64,000 bases of DNA from Octopus vulgaris (taxonomy: Eukaryota). Of the stretch, positions 29,141 through 43,892 are shown piece after piece (position 1 is the stretch's first letter; each line of letters starts with the position of its first letter). The notes below the pieces were generated by a model. It had not been told where the DNA came from and made no database searches. It worked only from the letters and a program-made list of their open reading frames with translations. A program made the position numbers and the translations under genes. The stretch lies in assembly GCA_951406725.2 (NCBI GenBank), contig OX597828.1, forward strand, positions 10,354,001 to 10,418,000, read 5' to 3'.

Positions 29141-30165
29141 AATGCATTCATATACACACATACACAGATGTATATACAATAGATAAATATATAAACATGC
29201 ACACACATGTGTATATATATTCAGTTATATTAAATACACTTATATGTATGCATCCATGTATTTATGTAGACAGACGTGTATGCGAGTTTGGGTGAACCTT
29301 TGCACATATATGCATGTATATATATATGCATTCATATATAAATACGTATGTCCTTATGTCAATGCGCAATCTATGCCACCTCGCATAAACACACTAACAC
29401 AACAAAAGCGAAGAGAATAGAGGGCATGAATTTAGCTAGGTGACATACATCTGTCAAAATGCATGTCACTTAAGAACAATCTACCCTCTACACACAATAA
29501 TAAAAAAAATAATAACAATTCAGTGAAATGCAGATACTAGAAATACATATGATTCTCAAAGTAGTCATACTTCAAATGATAAGCCACTGTCTCGTCAAAT
29601 AGTAATAACATTCTTCTTAAAGTCAAATCGCCCAAAAGGTCTTTCTATAAACGTATCACATTTATGTTCATAGAAAATATCATTAAAATATTCCATAGAA
29701 AATATTTTGCAGAAACAATGATCGTAGTCTGTACAATTTAATCTAACGTAACAAATGTTTAGTGCACAGTTGCATTCTGTCGACCCAAATAATCCCGACA
29801 TACCTGTACCTATAAGAACAAAGCTTCCAGGATCAAATATTTTGCGAGATAGCTGCTGATCCAGGAGTAGAAAATCAGTGTATAAAGTCCATCGTTTTCT
29901 TTTTATTCTCCTCTGCCCGAGTGCACTGCATGCTTTCCTTTTCCATTATATATTATTTGAAGAATGCCAAGCTAATCTCTATTTTATATATCAGTGTATG
30001 TGTGTGTATATACATATTACATAATAATATTTGCCCATGTGCCAACGTTCCATTTCCCGTATATATTTTTAAGCAACCTACATATGTGTGTGTATAGGAG
30101 GAGGAGGTGCAGGAGGAGAAAGAGGAGATAAGAAGGATACATGTATATGTATGCATGTTTATATA

Positions 30166-30579
30166 GGCGCAGGAGTGGCTGTGTGGTAAGTAGCTTGCTA
30201 ACCAACCACACGGTTCCGGTTTCAGTCCCACTGCGTGGCATCTTGGGCAAGTGTCTTCTACTAAAGCCTCGGGCCGACCAATGCCTTGTAAGTGGATTTG
30301 GTAGACGGAAACTGAAAGACGCCTGTCGTATATATGTATGTATATATATATATGTGTGTGTTTGTGTGTCTGTGTTTGTCCCCCTAGCATTGCATGACAA
30401 CCAATGCTGGTGTGTTTCCGTCCCCGTTACTTAGCGGTTCGGCAAAACAGAACCGATAGAATAAGTACTGGGCTTGCAAAGAATAAGTCCCGGGGTCGAT
30501 TTGCTCGACTAAAGGCGGTGCTCCAGCATGGCCGCAGTCAAATGACTGAAACAAGTAAAAGAAAAAAGAAAGAAAGAAA
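30166..30579 (+). mobile_element. SINE family A, full length
   Basis: Colinear with 16799-17200. Confidence 0.9.
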
Positions 30580-30658
30580 ATGTCTCTATTCTTAAATATA
30601 CATGAATACCTGGGTCTCGTACTCATACAGATACATATACACAGACATAACTATGTAT

Positions 30659-30733
<75 letters not shown>

Positions 30734-31057
30734 GGTGTGTGTATGCATATTCATACATATATATTGATATATACATACATACATATATACATATATATAT
30801 AATAGAAAGTTACACGCACTATTATTTTCTACACATGCTGCCGAATAAGTCCCTGAACGCATACGCAACCATTATGTACTATGATATATATTTATTTTCA
30901 CATCAATAGAGAAAAGATAGATAGCTATCTAAATAGACAGAAAGAGTTGTACATTGATCTCGTACACATACACATGCAGACATGCATTTGTACAAATGTA
31001 CACAACCCATATGCACGGCCATATACATGTATCTAAGTGTGGTACACATATATATAC

Positions 31058-31089
<32 letters not shown>

Positions 31090-31377
31090 GTATGTATATA
31101 TATATATATATTTAACTACACACGTATATGTATGCACACATATATGTATGTATGTACATCATTATATACATATACATTCACTTGCAAAACAAGCGAGAGA
31201 GAGAGAGTAAAAGTGAGAGAGAGAGAAAGAGAGAGAGAAAGAGCGAGAGGTGGAAAGAGATTTTGAAGGAAAACCAACGTCTATACTGCTAAAGCCATAT
31301 ATTCTGAATAATTCAATAAACTAGACAAATGTTGGTACGGGAAGGGTGAAGAATCCTAGGTGACATGTTCAATTTAC

Positions 31378-31481
31378 TTCCAGGAATAAATGTAGATGGT
31401 ATCACTAGAATTAATCCTCCGACCACACTTCCCGTTCCAGCAAGGTACACAGCGCATGCGCATTAAATCAGTGTTAGCATT
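31378..31481 (-). other. Candidate exon (104 nt)
   Basis: Acceptor ttttatcttccag and possible donor GAA|gtaaat. One open frame, NANTDLMRMRCVPCWNGKCGRRINSSDTIYIYSW. Unique, GC-richer island; no recognised homolog. Confidence 0.3.
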
Positions 31482-33991
31482 CTGGAAGATAAAAGTGAAT
31501 TTATAGCTGCTATCTGATATATATATCAGTGGAGAGAAGAAAAGTGGAAAAAAGTAAAGAAGAGAGTAAAAAAAAAGGTAAAAATAAATGTTTGAGATCA
31601 GAAGAGGAAGGAGAAAACATGAGCTGGAAAATGTGGAAGAAACATGTAAAAAAGAATGAATGAATATAGGAGTCAATGAAAAACATTGTGAAAACGGCAG
31701 ATACAAATACATTTTTAATTTTTTTGACACAAAAAAAACCGCTTGTGCTTTTTTTCATATGTACATGTCTTATTTATTTAAATTTTTTCAGAAGTATTTT
31801 CACTGTTGTTTTTTTATACTATTTATTTACTTCATGATATGCAGTCGTAGAGTCGTATATTTTTGGAATTATTCATTTAGAAGTTTTTTTTTTCTCTCCT
31901 AAGGAAAAAAATAACAATAATAATACAACTTTCTTTGGATGAAAACTGTTTCTTAGGTGCAGTTCCTAGACCGATTTTACTCTAGATATATATTTTCCAA
32001 TAAGATTTCTCTGTACAGTTGCTTAGAAAATGATGTTCTAGTAAGATTTGAAAAGAAGAAATATTTATATTAAATACTCGTCTTGTAAAACTATCTCACA
32101 CGTCAATATATATGAATGTTTTAATACGTTAAATTTCTAACAGAGTGATTCGGTTATGTTCTTAACCATTCTTCTCGAAGCTTCACATATTTTTCTATCT
32201 ATATCTATTTTTACTCTTTGTTAAAGTTGACATATTAGAATCGTTGCCAAGCTGAAATTTATTATTTCTCCCCATCAAACACATTATACGAGAAATTACA
32301 TGATAGATTAAAATAGTTTTAGAATTACATAAAACAGGATTTACTGTAAAATATTTTACTTGCTCTCTTTAAACGAATTGCGTCGAGTTTATACCGTTTA
32401 TACCGACATATCACTGGTAATGCCTTTCAATATTAATATTTAATTATTTTTTTGTCATTTCTCTTTTCATGTTTAAAAACAACAACATATTGCGCTGCAT
32501 GATAGCAGCAAGCACATTGGACTGATCTACATAATCTTCCATGAAGGAAAGAGAACTTGAAAATTATAAAATCTTATCCTATAAAAAACTAAAAGATTAG
32601 ACTTATTATCGATCTTGCATTCGCAAAGACTGCTTAAATGCTGTATTTTTCCTCTTGCATAATTGCCTTCGGTTCATTCATTCCTGTGTTTCAAAATTAG
32701 ATTTATGCATGCAGAATCAGTTACTTGTACATTCTACGATAAACATTGCTGTGCAAGAGGATGCTTCAGTACAGGCCCAATGACTATTGCGAATTCAAAC
32801 CCTTTGTCGGAAACCAGTTACTCGAGTTATGACCAATTGATCCTGTAATGAGGAACGTCGTTACAATACTCCAATTCCTTGCTCCTAAATCCATGAAATA
32901 GTTTTTGCCTCACAAAAAACAATATCATTGCATCAATTGGTTGCAGGCTCCGTAGAGTAAACACACACTTCACAAGGTCAGAGTACGGCGCAATGAATTT
33001 TATGGTCTACAATCAACTTGATAAGGAAACCTGATAGTGCTTCTGTGGTCATGAAGTTGTATCTTTTAATCAAGTAGTATGGGTATATAGACAATGAACA
33101 TCTATGTGTGGACTCGAATAGTAATATATTATGAACATGCTAATCCATCCCATGGAAAATACGCGGCAATGAGTATCTGACATTCATTGTAATTGCTGTT
33201 TAACATGTCATGGATTTATGTAATTGTGATGAACTAGAATATCGATAAATAGGAACTACGTAGATATCTGATCAATAAAGAGTTTGTTTCCTCGATTGAA
33301 AAACTATCTATCAATGTTCTTTCGCTAAAAGTTGTGAAATTCACTTTCCAGAATTTCTTAAATGATTTCCATTAGAAACATATGATGAAAACAAGAAAGT
33401 GAATAAAGGAGATGGCCGTCCAACTGGTAATTTTACTGAATGAATAACCGTGTGGATACACATATTAGACAGAAGTACTTAGTTTCAGGTATAATAATAT
33501 TTCGCTGAAGACTTTCAGGTGTCTTCTAGAGAAGTTTATTCTACGACCGAAACGTGGGAGCGAAATTTAGAAACACTAGCTGTCTGGATCATCGTTAGAG
33601 TATCCGTACCTCTTAGTGAAAGTAGGTATTATCCATTATCCAATTTCTGTAAGACGACCAGCTCTCTTTACGCTTACTTTTATCCAAACTCTAAATAAAG
33701 TCTGTCATTCTTCTCACCAGTTTTTAGAGTTATGTGTTCGGATATGAGGAGTGTGTCGTCTAATCCTCAGTGAATTACCAAAAATACGCTAAATTCAGAA
33801 CATAGCTACTGCAACACCCAGTATGCGGCACTATAGCTTTAGAAAGTCTGTCCTTGTGTAATGTAGATTGCGCTTCAGCAATGATGGGATTGCCATTCAC
33901 TTAAAGTCTTCGTTTGCACCAGAGTACACTGGAGCTACATAACTAGAAAACCAGAGCTGACTGGATGCAAAAATAAAACACAGAGTAAAGG

Positions 33992-34150
33992 ATAAAGACC
34001 CCTTCGGTCATGAATGACCATGGGATTGCACCTAGAATCTTACTCTATGAGGTACAAGTCCGGACAATATTGTTTTTGTGGAAGACCAGCAGTCGCCTAT
34101 GTGCACCAGCTCCCCTCTCCACTCCCCCGATGTTATCCAAAGGCCGATAC
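33992..34150. repeat. Interspersed repeat fragment (probably RTE-related) abutting a TA tract
   Basis: GC-rich block taaagaccccttcggtcatgaatgaccatgggattgcacctag...gttatccaaaggccgatac. Family assignment from recall only. Confidence 0.4.
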
Positions 34151-34175
34151 ATACATACATATATATACATGCATG

Positions 34176-34214
<39 letters not shown>

Positions 34215-34959
34215 AAAGAGGGGTGTGTTTCCGCGCAGGAAAAAATGTAGGCAAATTTCTTGTTGAAAATGCACCTAAATTTGAAAAACTTGTAATTGTT
34301 TTCAAATAAATTTATTTACATGTATACCCAACTAGTTTCAACAATACTTATCGATGGGGAAAATATAAACTATGAATTAGCAAAAAACAAAAAAACATGT
34401 TTAAATGTTTCAATGTTGACAAGTTTGAATTTTCGTAACAGTCAATGATATAAAAGCTGTAGATCATCTTTAATTGCACAAAATTCAATAGCGTTAGTAG
34501 TGATCGACAAGAAATGAATATCATTAAAGTCATACTGAGTTAAGAATGAGATAAAAAGAAGTTTGGGACAAGACAAGACTTCGTTACGTTTATAATTCCG
34601 ATGCACAGTCTATCCCTGTCTATTCTTTCTATGCAGCTCCCTCTCTTGTTCTTCCTTTCTGCTTTTCTCTCCCACCCTTTCCCTACTCTTCTCCTCTCCC
34701 CTTCACCGTTCCCCCTCTCTCACTCTTTCTCCTTGACTCTCCTGTTGCTCACATGAGACCAACAGCTATCCATCTTCCTTTCTTCCATTTCCTTCCTACA
34801 GACAGGACGTGCTTTTGCCTGTCTCTTCTCAAAGTTCGTTTTTCCAGCGTTCTCCACTTTACATCGTCTTGGCTTAACAGACCTCACCGTTTATTTTTAC
34901 TGTTTTGTTCTTATTTCCCTGTTTAAACCGCCGCAAAATCAAATCCCAAGGTTTATTTA

Positions 34960-35416
<457 letters not shown>

Positions 35417-35457
35417 GAAGATAAATAGATAGATAGATAAAGAGAGAGAGATAGATA

Positions 35458-36377
35458 AGTTTCTTTATTGGTCACACAGGGCTGCACACAGATGGGACAA
35501 GTTACAAGGCAGAGCTTTTCTTTTGGGGGATGGAAAAAACAAAAAACAAAAAACAAAAGAAACGAAAAAAAGGTGGCGTAGGTTTTCGATCAAAAGGGAA
35601 AAAAGAACAAAAAAAAAGAAAAAAGGAAAAGGAACAAGAGAAAAGAGAAATGAAAAAAAAGAAGAAAAAAGGGGGGAAAAGGGGAAGAGGAAAATAACGA
35701 TCAATAGGGATCGTGTATCACAGTGTTATGATGTATGGTGTAAAGGGGAAAGCAAGTAAGGTTTATCCGTGGGAAGAAAAGCCTACGAAAAAGACAACGG
35801 TAACCTTGATCAATATTGTTATATGTTACCACATTTGTTTGCACGTGGGTAACCCTCTGCTTTCAATTTCTGGGTTCATAGGATTATGCTCAAGGTGGCG
35901 TCGTCATTCATACGTGCCATCCTTGCTACATTCACCCATCTTTTTTTAAAACATTCGCTAGACAAAACTTGCCTCTCTACTCTCACTTTCCTATTCAAGC
36001 GGTACTTGAAGAAGTTGATGAGAGATTGACCAGAGAGGAAAGTGTTTTTTCTCCAATCCTTTCAGATGCGTCCACCAGATACATTCTTTCGGCATAGCCA
36101 CAAGGATGATGAAAATAGCTCTTCCTTCCCGCTTGAAGGAAGGAGGCGTGACAATATTGACGATAGACTCAGCTGATAAACCGACTCGTCCCACACGTGA
36201 CAGCAGTTGTTCGACATAAGCCCACAGGTCGGAAATTGTTGAACACTGCACGAGTGCGTGCAGAACAGTTTCGTCGCTCTGGCCGCATCTCGGGCAGTCG
36301 GCCCCGTTGTTTCTCGAGCCGTGTCTGTAGAGCTTATTCCGAACGGGTAGCGCTTCTCGGTAGCACTGCCAGGCCAA
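35458..36377 (-). mobile_element. 5'-truncated Tx1/L1-clade LINE (ORF2 C-terminus and 3' UTR) inserted in (GATA)n
   Basis: LAWQCYREALPVRNKLYRHG...CPRCGQSDETVLHALVQC...LW carries the zf-RVT CxxC..ETxxHxxxxC motif. After one frameshift it continues ...FFKYRLNRKVRVERQVLSSECFKKRW...IIL* (stop 35876-35878). 3' end aataaagaaac. (GATA)n on both sides. Confidence 0.88.
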
Positions 36378-36405
36378 GATAGATAGATAGATAGAGAGAT
36401 GGATG

Positions 36406-36487
<82 letters not shown>

Positions 36488-37042
36488 AAGAAAGATATGC
36501 ATGTGGAATGATATTCAATATGTTCTCATTGGATTGTGAAAAGTTAATCACCATCTCTGCCTGATTTTATGTAACAACACACAAACCAATGGTTCGCACC
36601 TTGATCTATCTTGATTATAAAGGCACATTAATGCAAATATTTATTGGTCCTCTTGATTATGCATATAACGGTCTACGCAGCAGTCTGAAGAATATCAGGT
36701 AGATACCAATTAATATGCACTTTATATGCATGATCTGTAAATAGAGATGTAGTATTATACAGACATGATATTTATCATCGCTACTATTGCAAACACAATG
36801 AAGGATCTTTGATTCCTTATGAGATTCCAGAACATTCTTTCTGCAAGTACTCGGAAAAACATTTACTTTTCGTGTATAAGACTGTGAAATGTCATACAGC
36901 CGTAACGACAAACAGGATGAAGTGAGGTGCTTCTGTGATTGTCGGCATATTTTTTTTTTTTTTTTTTTTGCACGAAGTCTACAATTCACATACCAGTTAA
37001 AGTGCTTCATATCGAAAGGAGTAATTTTTTTTGCAATTGGAT

Positions 37043-37196
37043 GTGCGGGAAGTAGCTTGCTTACCAACCACATGGTTCCAGGTTGAGTCCCACTACGTGG
37101 CACCTTGGGCAACTGTCTTCTATTGTAGCCGTAGCCTCGTGCTGACAAAAGCCTTGTGAGTGGATTTGGTAGACGGAAACTGAAAGATTCCCATCG

Positions 37197-37229
<33 letters not shown>

Positions 37230-37450
37230 TTGTGTGTGTGTTTGTGTGTCTGTGTTTGCCCCTCCTCACATCGCATGACAACCGATGCTGGTATATTCAT
37301 GTCCCCGTAACTTAGCGGTCCGGCAAAAGAGACTGATAGAATAAGTACTAGGCTTACAAAAAATAAGTCCTGGGGTCGATTTCGTCGAGTAAAAGCGGTG
37401 CTTCAGCATGGCCGCCGTCAAATGACTGACTGAAAAAGTAATGAGTATAA
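37043..37450 (+). mobile_element. SINE family A, near full length
   Basis: Colinear with 16799-17200 apart from the first ~15 nt. Confidence 0.88.
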
Positions 37451-37484
37451 GAAATGTTGAAATTCATCTTTGTTTATATATGCG

Positions 37485-37524
<40 letters not shown>

Positions 37525-39622
37525 TATATATATATGTGTGTGTCTGTGTGTGTGTGTGTCTGTGTGTATGTGTCTGTGTATATACATGTATATATTTATA
37601 AAGTTATATAATTGTATTTCGTTTAAATATACACATATTTCTGTTAAACATATTTTGAATGGCACAATATAGCTCCGTACATTTTGTCTATTCTAAATAT
37701 CTGTTTCTCGTGATTGCTCACTGCAATATATTTTACTATATTTTGTACGTGAAATGTTGCATACTCCTTAAATATGCATCTCCATATAATTTTTATACAA
37801 AAAAAAAAAATCGAGACAAACTTTTAATTTGTATAATTTTTTTCATTAATTGAAGCCTGTTAAAAATACAAGTATACTTGTCATTAGAAATACTTCATTC
37901 TACGAAGTTAAATTAGAGATTTAATGCAATGAAACTTCTAAGAAACTATTCAGAAACGATAAACTCTATTTCAGCGTCGCTACCATGTTAGTGATACCCA
38001 TAAAAATACGAGTGCAATTAAATTTTGAAAGATTCAATTTAATCGTAATAGTTATTGATACATCATAACCGTTTGATCAATAATCTAAAAAGAATCGAAT
38101 TTGTATTTTATAAAAAAAATGTTCTCCGTTTCTTGTATTTGCCTCTATTTCAGTTTTTAACTTGCTTCTTTCTTTAATTTATATTTGTGAAGACCAATTA
38201 TTCATACACTATCGTGTTTTCCGATAATTTTTTGAATATCGATTTGCCCAGGTGTTAATTCGATCAGTGATCAAAGTAACAGTTTTGTGACACTTAAGAA
38301 ATCGATGGAAATCACTTCGAGGAAAATATAATTCTGGAAAATTTAAATCCGGCAATAAAGTTAACTTCAACGCTTAAGGGAGATTTTTTTTTTTTACTAA
38401 CGGATAGGGGTTAACAGTAAAAAAACAGAATTATGTAAAATTCAGAATAATTTGATTTATGAGGAAGTTTAAATAAAACGTAGTGGTTTTCATGTATTTC
38501 CAAAAGTTAATATTGGCATGTGTAAATGCATAAGAAGGAAACTTTGGAAAAGAAGAAAACCTGACGAAAATCTTCGAGGAATTTCCATTTATCTGAAACA
38601 TATCATTCTCTTCGTGTCTCTCGCATATTCGAAAAAGTCCTTCGTTAATTATGTGGCTATTAGATACGTTGTTTTACTAAAAGGTTACCGGCACGTGACG
38701 CAATCCTCGAATATTTGTTTTTGTATAAAGGCAAATTAAAAAAAAGCAACCTCATTTTATATAGTATTCGTAAATCTGGCAAGATGTTTCTTTAATGTCA
38801 GTGAGGAAACATGGCATCAACTAGCTTTCATTTAGAACTTTCACACCTGTTTTGTTCAATTAATTTTGATATTTTATGTAAAAGTGAACTCTGTCTAAAG
38901 TGTACAACTACTTGTCTAGTCTCATTATATTACTTTCTGTTCAATATTGCAAATCTCTGATATGCAAACAAACTGCAGCTATGTGCATCTTACATCTTTC
39001 TAACTTTGCCATGATCGATGTAAAAAATTTAAGCCATTCGTATGCATACATAGATGCACGCACATTCATACATACGCATACACACACAATTACATACATA
39101 CATACACACATATACACACAAGCACATAAATACATACATACACACTCATCAGTATTATTCAGTAGCAACATACGTACTTGTGATAACCTGATTTGCTAAC
39201 AAAACTTTCTTTTTAAATATTTCATCATGCAATAATTTTCCGCCAGAGTAAAGGAAATGTTTTGCCTTTTCTTTAGTAATATTTATTCCAGGTAATATTC
39301 TTATGTAACGAACACTGAAATTCCATTACATCAATTTTGACTGGTGAGATTGTTGGCTATCGTTTGTTATATGTGAAAATGCATTTCAACTTTCTTTACT
39401 AACACATCATCTTAATAACTTTATAAATATGTCCTTGTATATTCAGAGTAAGATTAGAGATTGTTCACACCCGATGATTTTTCTTCTCCTATCTAGGCTT
39501 TTAAGCTTTATTTGAAAAAATATTATAGTAAATACACCTGGTACTTAATTTCTTTAAAATATTCTTGTCACACGCAATATTTTACTAAAACTACACCGCA
39601 GAACATTTCTGTGTCGGCTTAC

Positions 39623-39786
39623 TTATTGGAATTTATTGGGTTTGTGGTTGCGTTAGCAAGGTAAATACTTAACCAGAGTAAACTACAAGCGGAAACACAG
39701 CTGAATAAAAGCAAATCCAAAAGCAAGGTGAATACATGACTCTGAGCTATTTTACGAAGAAAGGAAAACACCGATAATCGGAGCAT
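39623..39786 (-). CDS. Candidate first coding exon with signal-peptide/membrane-anchor-like N-terminus
   Basis: ATG at 39786, MLRLSVFSFLRKIAQSHVFTLLLDLLLFSCVSACSLLWLSIYLANATTNPINSN, then donor AA|gtaagc (phase 2). No downstream exon could be linked. Confidence 0.35.
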
Positions 39787-40361
39787 TTGCCATTTTATAT
39801 GATATGCGGTAAAAGGAAAACATTGTTCATGAAAACAGGCCTCTGTTTTTGTCAAAACCAAGTTTCGAAAAATTACGAAAGCGAGAGAGTCAATAGATTT
39901 TGTGCTTACAGTACAGACGTGTGGGAAAATACTAGAGAAATGATTATGGGTGAAAATAGTAAATCATATAACAGTGTGTGTGTATATGTGGTGCATATGT
40001 AACCATGAGTGATTGTATACCATCAGTTATGTGACGTATGTTCTCTGCATATGAATGTATATTTCTATATAACGCAATGTGTATGTTCATGTAATAAGAA
40101 AGTAACATGGATTTGTATACTTATTCACTACAAGGCAATACGTATGAGAGTGGTTGTGAGTGTGAATAAATAAAAATGTATCCATAGTGTGAATGTAGCG
40201 GGATAATATGTGGGTGATATAAAAAAAAAGCTATCACATTGTCAGTACGTTTTGACGTTAAAGAAATTGCCTTGCATACGCAGTGTTATCACAGAACGCA
40301 GCACGCAAATGATCAGGTTGTGTGCAGAAAGAAATGAAGGATCTGCGAACAGGAAACTCAC

Positions 40362-40454
40362 CTGGTTTGAAGTCACTTCAGAAGAAAGGAAAGATTTCTA
40401 ATAGAAGTTTAACCCTTCATATTTTTACACCTTGCAAATATAACAGTATCGCAG
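40362..40454 (-). other. Candidate non-coding (5' UTR) exon, 93 nt
   Basis: Acceptor ttccctcttttcag and consensus donor CAG|gtgagt. Stops in all three frames. Lies just upstream of the candidate ATG exon. Confidence 0.45.
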
Positions 40455-43400
40455 CTGAAAAGAGGGAAGTTGTATTTTGGTAAATATACAGAATAGTAAG
40501 CGATGAGATCTTTAATGCCATGGAGGAAAAGTCTATTGAATTTTCAGACATTGCAATATTAGTAATAGAAACAACCTACCGAACCCACAGTTCTATTTCA
40601 TATAAGCAATCAGCTCCATCAGTTAAACATTACGAAATTAAATATGTAACTGAAGCTATTTTAATCATATTTGGGTTATGTAATTTAAATTATGTTAGTT
40701 ACAGTAGTTCAGCACTTTTCCGCACTTTCAACGCACCTTTACAATTTCGATAATATTTAGCCAGCATTATTTCTCTTGCTACAGGGAAACTACTTTCTAA
40801 CTAAAATGGACGAGTAATATTTTTACCATTGAGATTGATATGACGTATTTCTAGTAAATGAATTTATGCAGGAGAACATAAACCAAGTGAAGGTATGGAA
40901 AACCTTTTTATTTTAATAGTTGCTCTTTTTCGACAAACAACCCCAATTTGACACAATAATAACCAGATCATTACAGCTTTATTTTCTTAAACCAGTTTAA
41001 CCAGGATTATTAAATTTTCATGCCGATGTGGTGCGTCTAAAGCTGTTACATCGAGCCAATACCACGACCACATACAAGATTTATTGTTAACTTACGTGAT
41101 GTAGAATTACTGATCAAAGAAGCCAAGAATAGAAAAGATACGTACGTAATGACGAAAAAGTTGGGTTCCTCGGCCTATAATGACCAACCATTCAGGCTAC
41201 ACTGCTGAAATGCGTTAACGTGGCTCGTGGAATTAACAAACGTAAAGAGATGTCCCATATCGAAGTAGAAAGAATTCTGATTAATTTCAAATCTAACAGT
41301 AGCGTTCTTAAAGATGGGAAATTCTGTTTAATCATCCTCATAGAGCGTTCAAAATGGAAATAATCACGCATTAGTTCATTTTAGCAACCTTATCGAACAG
41401 AGACAATGCATGTTTTATGCAATAATTAATTTCTAAGTAATATAAAGTTACTTTGTTCATGGAGAAATTTGGAAGGCATCATACCTTAGAAGCTAGGTAT
41501 TATTTTATCAAATACCTTTTTATTCGTGATATTAACATTTTACCTGATTAAGTAGAAGAAAAAACAAACCTTCAGCATCGATTTATTAAACTGTATCAAT
41601 GTGAGCAGCATCTACAATTTTTTATCAAGCGCCTCTCGGTGTTGATATCCATAAGCAATCCCAGTTTTGTTTGAACAGAGGATTTTCGAAACAGCCAATA
41701 CTGTGATACATTTTTGCTCAATATTGTAACATGTCAGCCCTGTTCATTACTCTCTCCATTATGAATAGCAATATAATGTATTCTTAATCTTATTAACATG
41801 CAGCAATTTCGAAAATAAAAAAAAATTAAAAGGAATGATGTGTCTACGAAAGGTGAGGCTTTTACGCCAGTGTTTTCCTTTCGTTAATTAATCATATTTA
41901 TAGTTGCATTGGCAATGGAATTTCCAAAAAATATATATATAAATGCTACTTGTATTTTCGATGAAAGGATTACATTAAGGGCTGTGATTAATCTTTGCCG
42001 GCATCGTTAAGACAGAGTCTACTTAAAATCAGCTATAAATTACCGAACAGTATCATCGTTAAACATCTTATTTCATCGTATCAAACTGCTAATTCTTCAA
42101 ACTTAAATACACGTTTGCGTGTTTCTTGAGCACTGAAGGACTGATTAATCGATAATTAAAACAGAGGCTGCTTTTGCTGAGATTTCCATTAACAATGAAG
42201 ATAAATTGTATGGTTGACTTAATCAGCTTCAAGGAGTAAAAAGATAATAACTAAAGTTATTTAAAGAGATATTTTACGAAAGCATAATGGAAACAGTATT
42301 ATTCAGATAGCATTATATCGTTCATACTTTAGCGCTCATTTATGTGAGCTCACCATATATGATTTCGTTGGTTAGTATTCGGATTAGTACAGCAGAAGGC
42401 AGTCGGCCTACTAACGAAAGAGTCATAATTTCTTTCCGTAACCCTGGTTTCGCTTTGTATCCTTGTATAAAAACATATCTCATTAACCCAGTGCGTTTGA
42501 ATATAACCAATCACATTAAGTGAATGTAAATGGATTCAATTCGTGTCAGTAATATATAACAGATTTACTTTTATGTAACCTGAACTGTAATTATCATTGT
42601 ATCTATACGAGATTTTTTGGAGGAAAAATGCGAATTTTGTAACTAACAACAGCAAGTAAATTTCTAACGCAGCACGTAAGATACTTATTTGTTTATAAAA
42701 AATATTTAAATAATATAAGATTGAGTTTTATTTCATTTATTTATTTACTTTGTTATTTTCGCCGACGTTTATACCTGTCTGTAATTTTGTTCAAGAATGA
42801 ATGTTTACGCTAACTATTAATCTCCTAGAAGAAATGTGGTTTGTTTCTCTTTTGAACTTTCTGGATACCAACTAATTAAACAGTGAAATGCCTGATTGAA
42901 ATAGTATGTGTTGTACATGCAAGTGCTATTGAACTAACATCTTTTACTCTGGAATACGATGAAAAAAAATGGCATGATTTATGAGAAATATGACCTTTGA
43001 TTTCACGACATTTACTTGAAGTATCCGGCTACAAATCAGTTAGATTCGGTAGCCAACAGGATTTATATTTCTCAAGTGTAAAATGTTTTGAATTTTGGTA
43101 AAATATCACTTAGGGTCAAAGGTATAAATTTCTCCCGTCACAAAATAGAAAAATATTTAATATTCAATTTTCTGTTAAGACAAAAAGAAAACCATGAATG
43201 AAATACTGAAATACTTGATGTGATGAGAGAATGTGACACTAGATAGATTAAAGGAAACCACGAGAGAAAAATACTGCAGTTCGATTAAACGTTTGAAGTG
43301 TTTCTTGTTTCATGTGCTAATAAATTAAGTTTCTGATTATTTATTGTTTTCTATATATGTTATATTTTTGTTGAATAGAAATTATTAAAATATGTTTTTA

Positions 43401-43833
43401 TAGCACATTTGCGTGATTGGAATTTCCTGGGGTGTCTGCAACTACGGAGTAACTCACATATATTTTTTTTTATATTCATTTCTTTATGAGATTAGTTTCA
43501 TTGTATATTAAATGTACCTGTGAAGAGCGTGTACTTTAGAGATTAGAAAATATAATGGATATATTTTATGTACATTATTTGCATGTGTGTGTGCATATAT
43601 ATACATATATGTGCTCTTATAGACATATTTTTGTACAAATATATGCACACCTACACACAGAGATACATACACGTATATGGAAATTAAAAGATATCGATGC
43701 TTAGAAGCTTGAGGAAATGTACTCAATACAAGTAAAAAAATTGTGTAATACTTTTCCGCTTATCATTTAATGGTTCTATTCATTCAACGGCCGCCATATT
43801 GGGCTATGGCTTTGAAAGTCGATCCCAAAACTG

Positions 43834-43890
<57 letters not shown>

Positions 43891-43892
43891 TA

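Noticed and set aside
32724-32844. Minus-strand segment with acceptor- and donor-like sites
   Set aside because: Stops in all three frames and a weak donor.
33500-33566. tttcg-CTGAAGA...GAAAC...cgaaa hammerhead-like match
   Set aside because: No UH cleavage triplet, stem II is not adjacent to GAAA, and there is no repeat context.
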